From Bilabrum cf. latius (Eukaryota): a DNA stretch of 64,000 bases. The notes beneath the pieces were generated by a model. The model did not search any database, was not told where the DNA came from, and saw nothing but the letters and a program-made list of their open reading frames with translations. The DNA lies in the NCBI GenBank assembly GCA_965178125.1, contig OZ237767.1, positions 248,001 to 312,000 of the forward strand, given 5' to 3'. Both the position numbers and the translations under genes were made by a program. How positions within the stretch are numbered: the stretch's first letter is position 1; each line of letters begins with the position of its first letter. This document shows positions 39,742-50,896 of the stretch, piece after piece.

Positions 39742-42700
39742 TCACCGAGCAAAGGAGCAAACGACCCTGCTTGCCACGGCAGGCCCCAGGCCTTCCACGA
39801 ACTCCTCGAGTAGCCCTTGCAGCTGCTCCTGCCCCGCCTAGGTCAGCTGGTGCAGAAACACCATTTCCGAGTCGGACTTGCGCCCGATCTGCAGCGGCAG
39901 TCGCGGGACGATCGATCGTGCTATCGCTTGCGCCCTTTTTTGCTGCTATTCCATTGTTTCGGAGGCGGCGTCGGGATTCTCCACCAGCGAATACGGGCAG
40001 TCGGCACTGCTGCTGGAAGCAGCCGAACCAACTGATGATGTTCCTTCAATCCCGCCTGCAGCGATACCCGCAACCACAACCGCGTGTTTGCTCGTTGAAG
40101 TGATGTCTTCATGCGATGCACCTGCATGCCCTGCACCTGCTCCGCTCGCAGCCTCCGCGGCCCCATCAGCCCCAGCCCCAGCCCCTGCCGCTGACTTTGA
40201 CTCACCGCTGACCTCTGCGCGCCACTCCTCTCGCGCAGCAAGTGCTCCCGTTGGAGCGAGTACAGCAGACTTATCTTCTTCCAGCATGGGAATAGCCACG
40301 GAAGCAGGCACCCAACGCTTCCGAGTCGAGCAAAGCAGGTCGCTCGGCTGGTAGTCCGCCTTGTACTTCATCTTCGTGCAGCTGTGGATGTAGAAACCAG
40401 CGTACCAGTACCGCAGCCTGGGCGACACCAGGCGGCACACCGTCTGCACCCATTGGATCTCCCTTAACGCGGTGTACCTGCCCAGCTCCAGCTTGTTCCT
40501 CTCCGGGGCGTAGAACACGTACACGCTCGACAAGCACTGCGGCAGGATATCAACCACGCCGACAGCCACGAGGTCTCCCCTGTACCGGTATTTCATGTGG
40601 AATGACCCATACCCCAGCTCCAGAGACGTGCCGCCGTCGTCTTTGCCCGGCCCCAAACTGCACGCCACTGCGTTCTTGCCGATTCCGCTGAGTAGACTCC
40701 GCGCATCTGACTCTGAATGGCTGGGTGCCACAGGCTTCGAGGAATGGCTGCTGCTGCTGCTACTGCTAGACGACACAAAGGATGCAGCAGATCTGCTTGA
40801 CAATGTGACCGACCTCTCAGCGCCTGCCCCGGCTCCCCCAATTCCGGCATTGGTCTTCTTGCACAGCAGACGGAGGCCGAGCCCAGCCCCTTCTCCGTCG
40901 GCCCATGCCCTCTACATAGCGTGCTAGCCCAGCCCGGAGGCTTCCTCCAACCCGCTGCCCTTGCCCTCGCTGCTGATCCTGCCAGCAATCTGCTGTCCAA
41001 CCTGCTCCAATAGCTATATCTAGCCTTGAGCACCAGCACCACCACCACTCCCATTACCTGGGAGCAGCAGCAGCACTCGCGCCGCCTCATTCAGGTTGCC
41101 CTTGCTCATGGCAATTGCCCCTGCGCATGCAAGCATTGACTGCTTGCCAGCCAGCACTCTGTGAAGAGCACCCACCATATTCAACACGTTCCCGTCTGCA
41201 CCTTCAGGCTTGCCGGAGCCGGACGCCTCCACTGCGGCTCGCAGCAAAGCCTCCGGGTCCTGAGGCTCTGCAGTGCTGGCAGCAGCATCTTTCGGCGCTT
41301 GATCGTAGTGAGCAAGGATGTCTCCGTAATCATACACCCGTGGTACCACAGGCGCACTGCCCAGCCCGGGCGATGTCCCTTTGAACGATCCTGCATGCGA
41401 TGCAAGCTGTTTGGCTCCCGCACAACCAGTGCCCGAGCCGCCCACCGCTGCTGCTGCTTCCTAAGCCGCTGCTGCTTCTGTTTCCTTACCTGGTGCTTCA
41501 GGCACTTGGACAGAACTGATTGGGCGCGTGGATGGCAGCAACCACCCATCCTCCACCCTTCTCTCTCTACCCATCGCCCGCTCGCTCATGCTCGGGGCAT
41601 GCAGCGGTCCGCCCTTTGGCTCTGGGATGAGCGGGCTGTCGCATAGAAACCTGGTGTAGCCTTTTCTTGTTACCTCATCTGGTTTGTCTCCATGCACGGC
41701 GATCTGATACCTCTTGTAAAGCTGGAACGATTCCTCCTCGAAGCTGGAGGGCACCATCTCCACCTTCCAGTCTGCCAAGCCAGGTAAGCTCGCGGCCGTT
41801 GCTCGGTGGCCAGCGGCACCATCTTCACTCGGCCTAGATTTTTCCGATCTATTTCCACGCGCACCTTCAGCCGCACTAGCTACCACTCCTTCAGTCATTG
41901 CATCGTCTCGGCTACCGCCAACTGTGCTTTCTTTCCCTCCCTCTGCCCCTGCCCCTGCCCCTCCCTTGCTCTTGCCACTGCCACTGCCACTGCCACTGCC
42001 ACTGCCACTGCCACTGCCACTGCCACTGCCACTGCCACTGCCACTGCCACTGCCACTGCCACTACCACTGCCACTGCCACTGCCACTGCCACTGCCACTG
42101 CCCTCAGCCTCGCTTGTGCCCTCCGTTGGGTGCTCGCGCGTGGTCGCTGCCACCAGTGAGGCCTGTATGCGAGAGTGTAGGTCTGTCCCGGGGACAGGGC
42201 CGAGCAGAAGCACGCCCCCAGGCCCCGGCCGTGCCATCATCGCCGGAGCATCGCTTGCACCCGCCCAGGCATGGATCCCAGCGGCGATGCTGTGGGCGGC
42301 TGCGCGGCGCTTCCCCTGCTGCTCCTGTTTGGCTCGCTTCCGGGCTGCCTTCTCTTCCTTGGATAGTGGAGCGGATACTCCAGCAGGTATTGATGTCTTG
42401 ATGGCTGTGCTATCTTGCAGCAGTGTTGCCGCTAGCTTCATGGGGTACTGGGCGGCCCAAGGCAACGACTCGCTGTCTGCTGCATCGGGCTTTCCCGACT
42501 GCGCTGCAGCACCAGCTCCGGTTCGACGCTTCTTGCAACCGTGCTGCAACGCACGGTTCATCACCAGCGAAATGCTCTGGGCGAGTTCTTTCGCCAGTCT
42601 GCCAGTACCGTCATCTTTGGCCGCCGGAGCGCCGGGCATTCCCGCATCCACCCAGGACCGAAGAAACTCGCGGCACAAAACATTTGCGTCCGGCGGGATG

Positions 42701-43080
42701 TGCAATTCTCGGGAGCGTTTAGGGGCTGACGGGCTGTGCTTGGTCGGCTTCGATGCAGCACCAGATCCAGGCTACTCAACTGTTCCAAGAGCTACCTTCC
42801 GAAGCAGCCGATTTTGCTATTTGGTTGCCTTGAATCGGAGAGAATCCAGCCGAATCGTTATATTGGGGCAGCAGTGCTTCTTGTTGTTCGGAAGGTACAG
42901 ATAGGTCCCGCTCCTTCTCCAGCCCCGGTCGATCATTGCCTGATAATCCTGGCAAGATAACTGGTCCGCATTGGCCCCGAACGACTCGTACTCGGACCCG
43001 CGCGATCCATGACAGTATCCGCAACTGCCATTATATGCACCGTGCGGGCGCAGGACGCTTAAGCCATCGAAACCAGCCAT
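39742..43080 (-). CDS. ATE1: Arginyl-tRNA--protein transferase 1
   Basis: [119 protein letters not shown]. Pieces joined by TAGs (e.g. 42817, 41461, 41020, 39946); TGA at 39742-39744. Confidence 0.92.
41973..42101. repeat. (TGCCAC)~21 hexamer tandem encoding a (Gly-Ser)n tract inside ATE1
   Basis: Near-perfect tandem with one variant unit at ~42063. Confidence 0.95.
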
Positions 43081-43209
43081 GATGCTGAGTGAGTTGCAGC
43101 CGCCGGTCTGTATTTGTCCTTTAGTTGCGTGGATCTTCGCAGGAACCCTGGACTGCGTCGTGGCACGCATCGACTCGTGTGGCACGCACAACATTATTTA
43201 TTTTTAAGT

Positions 43210-46200
43210 ATGAGTGCGTTTGATGACGCGTTCGCGGGATTAAGTGAGATAGCTGCCTCATCCTACCACTCCTGTTGCAGGTCGTTCGTGCACTGAATGG
43301 CATTCCTACAGAACAACGCTTCAATCTGTTGGAGTCATACTGTACCGCAGATGATTCTGCGGGCAAGCCATCGCAGCGACCCGTAATGCGTGGTGTCGTG
43401 CAGCAAGCTCCAGCTGCCGCCGAGCAGCAGAAGCCAAGCATCGCTGGGCGAGATCCACTGCCAATCGAGATTCCTTCAATGTCGGCTAAAGAAATCAAGG
43501 CGTACCTGCGGAGGAAGAAAGTTGATTTCTCACAATGCTTGGAGAAGAAGGAATTCGTGGATTTGGCCGTGAAGGTCGCCACGGGCTCGCTCGGGCTGTC
43601 AGGATCTCTTCTCGCCGGAGGCACGTCGTCCACCGGCGCGGCCTCCAGCGCCGTTGCAGACGCACTCGCCGCAGTGGACGAATTCGAAATCGCGGGCATC
43701 AAGTCAAAGCCCGGCGAGAAAGGCGCAGCCGCAGCGGAGAGCGACCACGTCCGCCAGTTCGCGATCGGAGCACGCTCCGGGCCCAAGCTCGCCCAGTACA
43801 AGGCAGCGCAGGCGGCCACCTCCCTCTCCACCACCGCGGTGCCCCCCGCCCCTCCAAAACACCTCGGCTGCCCCATCCCCGCCGCGGCTCTCGCTCCTTG
43901 CCTGAGGGAAGTGCCCTTCCCGTACCTGAGCGCCTGCCACACGGAAGTGGCCCAGACTGCAGCGGAGATGCAGGCACGGGCGAGTGCTCGCGCGCAGCAG
44001 ACCGCGGCCGCACTTGCGGCAGCCACCTCCCACGCAGTTGCGCGCGCAGTGGCCGCAGCGGAGGCACAGACCGCGCACGAGGCCAAAGAGGCTGTCGAGC
44101 TCAGGCGCTCCCTCCTTCCCTACCGCAAATACCCCAAGGGCAGGGTCGGCCACCGCCGGGTGTTTGAGCTGAGGTTGCGACCGGACGTGGGTGCTGTGGA
44201 TGCACTCAACTCGATGGAGATGTCGGGTCGGGCCGCTGGATTCCGGGCGGTGCACGCCACCCGCCGATCTGTGCTGATGCAGCAGGTGGTGCAAGTGCCG
44301 GCAGCCACTCTTCGGGAGTACGTTGCTTTGGCTGAGAAAGAAGCTGCGGAGGCGAAGCTGGACGCAGAAAACGCAGCCAAGTAGACGGGCGATGGGGGAT
44401 CGTCTGGTGCGGAACATGCAGGACCGAAGCTTGCCACGGGTGCGGCGCCGGTTCCGCACAACCCGGTGCGGTTCACGGAAGCGGTGCAGTCGGTGGCCGA
44501 CAGGCTGGCAGACCGGCTCGGCGGCAGCGGAACCGGCGCCGCGCAATCATCCTACGTGAACTCGGTGACGGCGATGCTCGGCACGGATCCCGAGGGTCGC
44601 CGGTGCTGTTTCCTGCTGGCCGCGGCCTACACGGTGGACAAACCGGTTGACCTGCCGCAAGGCGTGCCGGTGGTGCGCAGGGCCAGACCCGGCGGCAAGA
44701 TGCTCAGAGTGTTCGATGACTGGGAGACAATGCAGGCCAAGGATGGCAGCGGAACCGGTACCGGCGCCGCGCAATCCGCCGGTGGGTCCGGCAGTGGGGC
44801 GGGCGGTGGTGATGGAGATGGTGATGATGACGACGACGACGACGCCGATTTTTCCGCGCTGCTCGGGTCGGAGGGGGGGGTGGCCATCGGGCCAAAGACA
44901 GCGGGGCAGACTGAGTGCTGCCTCGCTCCCGAGCTGCGCGGATTCGGAATCGCGTGCGACGTTGTTCCCCCGGAATCGGAGTCACTGGCGCGGGCCTCCC
45001 TGCCCAAGGTGAAGCCTGTGTTCCCTGAGAGCGTGCCAGGGGGCGCGCTGCCGCCGTGGGCTTGTCTCCGAGTGTCGGTCCTTCGGGCAACGGGGCTCGG
45101 CTCGGGGACTGCCGGATCGTCAGTCGGCGGGGTAGAGGATGAAATCGCGTCTCTCGGGTCGGGAGTGGCCAAAGGCGACGGATCCACGTCTGGATCTCCG
45201 GCCATGTACCGCCGGTTCAGGCTGGAGCGATGCTCCGACGAGCTCGTGCAGCAATGCTGCGCGATCGCAGCTGCCGCCCGATCGAGGAGGGGACCCCAGC
45301 GAGCGGCGGAGGGAAGCAGACAGGCACCTCTGGCGGGCGGATCATCGGGGCTCCGGGTCCTTGCTGAGGGTGCCTGGGCAGACGCGCTAGAGGTGGCCAA
45401 AGAGGAGGAGATGGGGCGGAGGGGTGAAACAGCCGGCCTCGCGTCGTCGTCTCCGGGTGCATCGCACGGTGGTGCGGGCTGGACACGCGGCGAGGTGGGT
45501 GATTTCCAGCTGCACGAGGAGTTTGAAGAGGACCTGGCCTCCCACACGCGAGCCAGGATGCAGAGGAGGCTGTATCGGCAGGCCACCGGCCCCGAGGCGC
45601 AGGCACGGCTGGACGAGTGGAGGGCGACGCAGGTCCGTTCTGCCCTTGCCGAGGCGGCCGGGGCATGCATGGTGACGCTAGAGGCAGACCAGCAGGTACC
45701 CACGCTGCAGGAGTATGCCCAAGCGGAGGAGGGGGCGAATGCAAGCGGTCCGGCTGGAGTCGCGGGGGTCCCAGGTTCGATTCCCAGCGTGGGCGAATTG
45801 GTACCCCCGGCGGAGGCCCGCCCAGAGAGCGAGTCGCGTCTCACGGCCGGGGAACAACTTGCGACCAAGGTGCTGCTGGATGCGTTCGCGCGTTGTGCTC
45901 GGCTCCAGGCCCAGGAGCGGGTCGCGCTGGTGACGCCGGCCCGCGCAGCCGACGAGGAGGAGTCCAAGCGGGCGGCGAGGCAGCGAAGGCACGTGAGCCT
46001 GAGGCGATCTGCAGCATTCCGTGCCTCTGTGGAGCGCGTTCGTGCGATGCAGCAGGTGGCAGCACCCAGGCAGTCCAACCTGCACGGATACCCCATGGCA
46101 AAACTAGCCGTTGAGTAGTTCGAGGTGCAGGACACTGCAGTGCTGTTCGGAACCACGGCCTCCGTGTCGGTGGCCTCCAGCGGGCACCTGCTGGTTACAA

Positions 46201-47489
46201 CCACCGAGGTTCTGCTGGCGTACTCTGCGCTGGGACTGGGCTTTGGCGGCATGAACAAGATTCGATTCCGGATCACGGACCTCTGCGGTGCGTTCCGCGC
46301 GCCATCGCAGGGTGAGCACGGAGTGGCCTTGGTGTACGTGGCAAGGGAGGGCCAGCGGTTCTCGGATGGGCCGGTTCCGCAGACCGTCCGCGGCGCCGCG
46401 CCAGCCGTGCAGCTGGGGTGGGCCGCGCTGGAGGATGAGGAGCGAGCCAGGCTGGCTGGGCTGGGCGGCATATCCGCCCTTGATGTTCTCTAGCTGAGCC
46501 TGGGAGGGAAGGCGGGCCAGCTGCTGCTTCTCCTCGCCCTGCTGCGGCAGGGGCTCAAAACACCGAGGACTGCCCTCCTTCCAGACAGCGACGAGGGGAG
46601 GCGGGCAAAGCTGCAGCAAGATGTGGCCAGACTGGTGGACGCAGAACGGGAGGAAGAAAATCGAAATCCAAGGTCGACCCAGGCGGCGGGCGAACCCGGT
46701 GCCAACGAGGGAAGGAAGGAGGAAGAGGAAGAGGAAGAGGACCTCTTTGCCGCGGCACCCGCAACCGGCTCCGCTGGACAATCGGCGGCGGTCGAGGCGG
46801 TACTATCCGCGGGTATGACGAGTGGGGGTGCGGCCGAGGACGGCCCACGCGCCGGAGAAGAACAAATCGACCTGTTCGGCCTGCTGGCCGCGAGCGAGAC
46901 CCGGCGAAGGGCAGCCGCATCGGGTGTCGGTGCTCGGGGGCAGCGCGCGGGGAGCAGCGGAACCGGCGCCGCGCAGAGCGGGCTCGATGAGGATGCGGAC
47001 GAGCTGGAGGACATTTTCAGCGGGATGCAGGCGCAGGCCGAAGCGCGCGGCGCCGGTTCCGCAGCCCCAGGTCTAGAGACAGGCGATGCTGAGGCCCCCC
47101 CAGCTCAGAGCGGAAGCGAATCGCGACCAGGACTCAGTGCTGAGGTACAAGAGAAGCTGGATGGCGGGATGTCGGTGTCGGCCATGCGGAAGGTACTCCG
47201 CTCGGCTGGCGTTGATGCCTCACGGAGGGGCGTGACAGAGAAGTCGGAGATGGTGTCGCTCGTGAGGTCGGTCCTCGCCGGTGAGGGCGAATTCGCGGGG
47301 TAGCAGCAGGCCAGGGCGGAAGCAGAGCTCCTGGGAAAGCCTGCCCCCCTCACGGGGTACAGTGGGGAGGGCCCCGGGACTATTTCCCGTGGAGGCAGCG
47401 GCGCTTCGTTGCGCAGCGACAGGGCAAGCTCTGCCAGCATGGCGCAGCAACCGCGTCCGGCCTCTGACGATCCGTTCGCGGGGTTGTAA
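43210..47489 (+). CDS. Large hypothetical protein with two MSxKEL..EKxE helical motifs, possible GRAM/PH-like segment and terminal DD(A/P)FAGL motifs
   Basis: ORFs 43275, 44466, 46125 and 46623 are in frame via TAGs; ends DDPFAGL-TAA at 47487-47489. First exon MSAFDDAFAGL. Motifs MSAKEIKAYL..CLEKKEFVDL and MSVSAMRKVL..TEKSEMVSL. Confidence 0.6.
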
Positions 47490-47728
47490 TGCATGATACT
47501 ATCAGGAAACTGAACGGGGAAATATCAGAGGGCTTGTTTGTTGTGTTTGCACATCATTGCGACCATTACCCGCCGCAGTGCTACAGTGCGACCCTTGTGG
47601 GCTCTAAGACTATTTTTGCTAGGAGGTCTATTTGGCAATTTGCTATCCCTATGTATGAATAATGGAGCCAGATGTCTCGCGGCACATCGAAAGATCATAC
47701 TCTGGGCACGATTGAAGGGCTAAAGTTG

Positions 47729-48550
47729 CCCCCCCCGCTACGGTAATAAATAAATTTATTCCCTTCGGTTAAGGATGATTAACATCATCAATAGTTCCAG
47801 TCCATCAGAGCTAAAGCTCTTCAGTCCGTTTCACTCCTTTTGTCGCTAGTCGCTCCAAAAGTCAAGGTAATCTCTATAAAAGATATAGTACAAAAAATGC
47901 TATTTATATAGTATATTATAACATTTCTTGTACCGGGGCTTTTGTTAGAAGGTCAAATGGGACTTTTGGTGTTTTAGTATAAAATAGTCCCTTCATTTTA
48001 GAAGGGTGATTATTTGACCTTCTAAAGTTCAATGTAAATTTATAAAATTAATTCAAGTTCAATCATTAATGAAGGTAAAGCAATAAAATTATATATTTAG
48101 AATGATTATCTAAGGGGTACCCCTTGAAATGGTAATTTAGGGCTAAATAGAATATTAAATATGATAATAATGGGTCATAATAGTATTTAATTTAAAAGAA
48201 TATATTGATAAATAATAAATATATGATATGAATGTATAAATATTAAAAAAAAAATGAAAATGAATATTGAAGTTGAAGTTCAGTATATCTTAGGAAATGT
48301 TGGTCTTTAAAAGTATATGTATAAATAAAAATGAATGTGAATATTCAAGTTCAGTATTAATTCTCATTACGTGGATCTCTCAAGTTTGTGAAGGTGTTAT
48401 GGGACTCTAGCCATTTTCTAGCCAAAAGTTCCATCACTTTATGGGACTCCATTATTCAACCTTCTAAACTACCTTCATTATACCCCCTTATCCTCGCTTA
48501 TACCTTCACAAATGGAACAAACGCGCTTTTATTTTTAAATTGTTATAGAG
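47729..48550. repeat. Non-coding terminal region of the virophage, probable left terminal inverted repeat
   Basis: ~820 bp without ORFs at the element edge; internal inverted repeats 47945-47958/48012-48025 and 48385-48395/48502-48512; palindrome 48112-48125. The partner TIR is not in the window. Confidence 0.5.
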
Positions 48551-48596
48551 CGTTTAAATTGACTTAAAAAATATATTTATTATAGGTATATACAGA

Positions 48597-49394
48597 ATGG
48601 AAGAATTCAAATGGGAAAATGGAACCTTGAAAGCTACACAACCAAAAGAATATTATGAACGAAATGGATTTTAGGTTAATTTTGAAGGGAAAACCTATCA
48701 TATAGCAATGGATAAAGATTATATAAGATGGTTTTTGAAGGACTATAAACCTTATGAAATAATAACAACATTCATAACAGATATGAGTGAAGTATTCAAT
48801 GGATAGGATAAATTTAATGAACCTTTGAATACTTGGGATGTTTCAAATGTTAAGGATATGAGTTTAATGTTTCAAAGTTGTAGAAGCTTTAATCAACCAT
48901 TGAGCAATTGGGATGTTTCTAAGGTTGAAAAAATGTCGTCTATGTTCTATTTTTGTTCTAAATTCAATCAATCATTGAACGATTGGAATGTTAGTAATGT
49001 TAGGGATATGAGTGGTATGTTTGGTTCTTGTTCAAGATTCAATCAACCATTGGGTAATTGGGATGTTTCTAACGTTGAATATATATCCTCTATGTTTAAT
49101 GGATGTTAGAACTTCAATCAACCATTGGATAATTGGGATGTTTCCAATGTCTAGAGTAAGTTTTAGATGTTAAAAGATTGTGAAAGTTTCAATCATTTAG
49201 AGAACGGTATTAAGGGTATAAGAATTGATTATTCTACAACATTGATACCGTTGTTAGAAAGACGAAAACATAAAACCATTAAAAAAACAAAGAAATATAG
49301 AGAGGAATTAATTGCTAAAGCGTGGCACCCTTCAAGATTAGATTGGGTATTGGATAACGAGGAGCGAGACGAGATAGAGGATAATTTTAATTAA
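48597..49394 (+). CDS. DUF285/BspA-type repeat protein, copy 1 (265 aa)
   Basis: FNQPLxNWDVSNVxxMxxMF repeats continue through TAGs at 48672, 48804, 49107, 49152 and 49164; TAA stop; C-terminal EELIAKAWHPSRL. Confidence 0.9.
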
Positions 49395-49483
49395 TAGAAT
49401 TTTAATAATATTAATGATTATTTAATATTATAGTGTGAGTTTAAAAAGGCTTAAATAATATATTTATTATAGGTATATACAGA

Positions 49484-50281
49484 ATGGAAGTTTTAAAATG
49501 GGAAAATGGAACCTTGAAAGCTACAAAACCAAAAGAATATTATTTTAGAAAAGATAATTATATTGTGAAATTTGAAGGTAAAACATATTACGTAGCTAAA
49601 GATACAGATTTTCTTCTTCACGCATTGTAGTTTTTGAAACCTGAATTATTAGTAACAACATTTATTACGAATATGTTAAACCTATTTGATAATATGATAA
49701 TTGAATCACCAATAAATTCATGGGATGTTTCAAATGTTAAAGATATGACCGATATGTTTTATGGGTGTCATTCGTTTAATCAACCTTTAAATAACTGGGA
49801 TGTTTCAAATGTTGAAGATATGGGCGGTATGTTTAATGAGTGTCATTCGTTTAACCAACCATTGAATAATTGGAATGTTTCAAATGTTGAAGATATGAGT
49901 GAAATGTTTAATGATTGCCATTCATTTAACCAACCATTGAATAATTGGAACGTTTCAAATGTTAAAGATATGTGCGGAATGTTTTATGATTGCCATTCAC
50001 TAAATCAACCTTTAAATAACTGGGATGTTTCAAATGTTGTAGATATGGAATGTATGTTTTCTAATTGTTTTAGTTTTAATCATTTGGAGAATGGAATTAA
50101 GGATGAACGAATTGATTATTCCACGACATTAATCCCATCATTAGAAGAGCGGAAAGATGAAACAATTGAACAAACTAAAAAAATCAAAGAAGAATTAATT
50201 TCTAGAGCGTGGCACCCTTCAAGATTAGATTGGGTATTGGATAACGAGGAGCGAGACGAGATAGAGGATAATTTTAATTAA
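49484..50281 (+). CDS. DUF285/BspA-type repeat protein, copy 2 (265 aa)
   Basis: Same repeats; N-terminus paralogous to copy 1 (MEVLKWENGTLKATKPKEYY); one TAG at 49628; TAA stop. Confidence 0.9.
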
Positions 50282-50322
50282 GTTTTATTATAATAATTAT
50301 TTTATTTTTAATTATTATAGAT

Positions 50323-50670
50323 ATGGTTTATATTGTATCATTAGCGTGGGGTAGTGAATGTTATCATACACACTGGGTTAAAAAGTTTAATAATAAGGAA
50401 GAAGCACAAAAGCTTTATACTGACACTTTAAAAGACCAAGCGAAGAGAGTTGTATGGAGTGATAATTGGAAAGAAGAATATAAAAAGGAAGCAGAAGGTC
50501 AAGTTGAAAGTTTTAATGATGACAACGGAACCGATTTCAAACTATTGAAAGAAGAAGAAATTGATAACCTTACTAATAGTGAATTAGAAGAGTATATAGA
50601 ATTATCGTTGATGTATGCTGAAGAATATGATGATTCAAATGAATGGTTTGATATTGAGTTTTTAGAATAA
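50323..50670 (+). CDS. Acidic hypothetical viral protein (115 aa)
   Basis: Clean ATG-TAA ORF with AT-rich upstream region. Confidence 0.75.
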   Translation: MVYIVSLAWGSECYHTHWVKKFNNKEEAQKLYTDTLKDQAKRVVWSDNWKEEYKKEAEGQVESFNDDNGTDFKLLKEEEIDNLTNSELEEYIELSLMYAEEYDDSNEWFDIEFLE

Positions 50671-50896
50671 ATTTTTGAATTTTAATAATACTATTATTAT
50701 TATTATTAATATATAGTTTAATCCTTGGGTAAGATAAAGTCATCTATAGCCTTTTTGATGATGTCATCCTTCTATTTCTTTATTGATTTCTCAATGGCTT
50801 CCTTCTCTTTTTTAACCAATAAATCTATGGCTACGGTATCATTTAAGTCTTCACTTAGGTATTCAACATTTTCTTCATTTAGCTTATGTATTATTC

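Noticed and set aside
41806-42904. Plus-strand ORFs with poly-AT, poly-CH and poly-LP tracts
   Set aside because: Shadow translations of the hexamer repeat within ATE1 on the minus strand.
44627-46471. Long antisense ORFs such as 44627-46471 and 28385-29584
   Set aside because: Shadow ORFs expected in very GC-rich coding DNA; the opposite strand carries the coherent gene.
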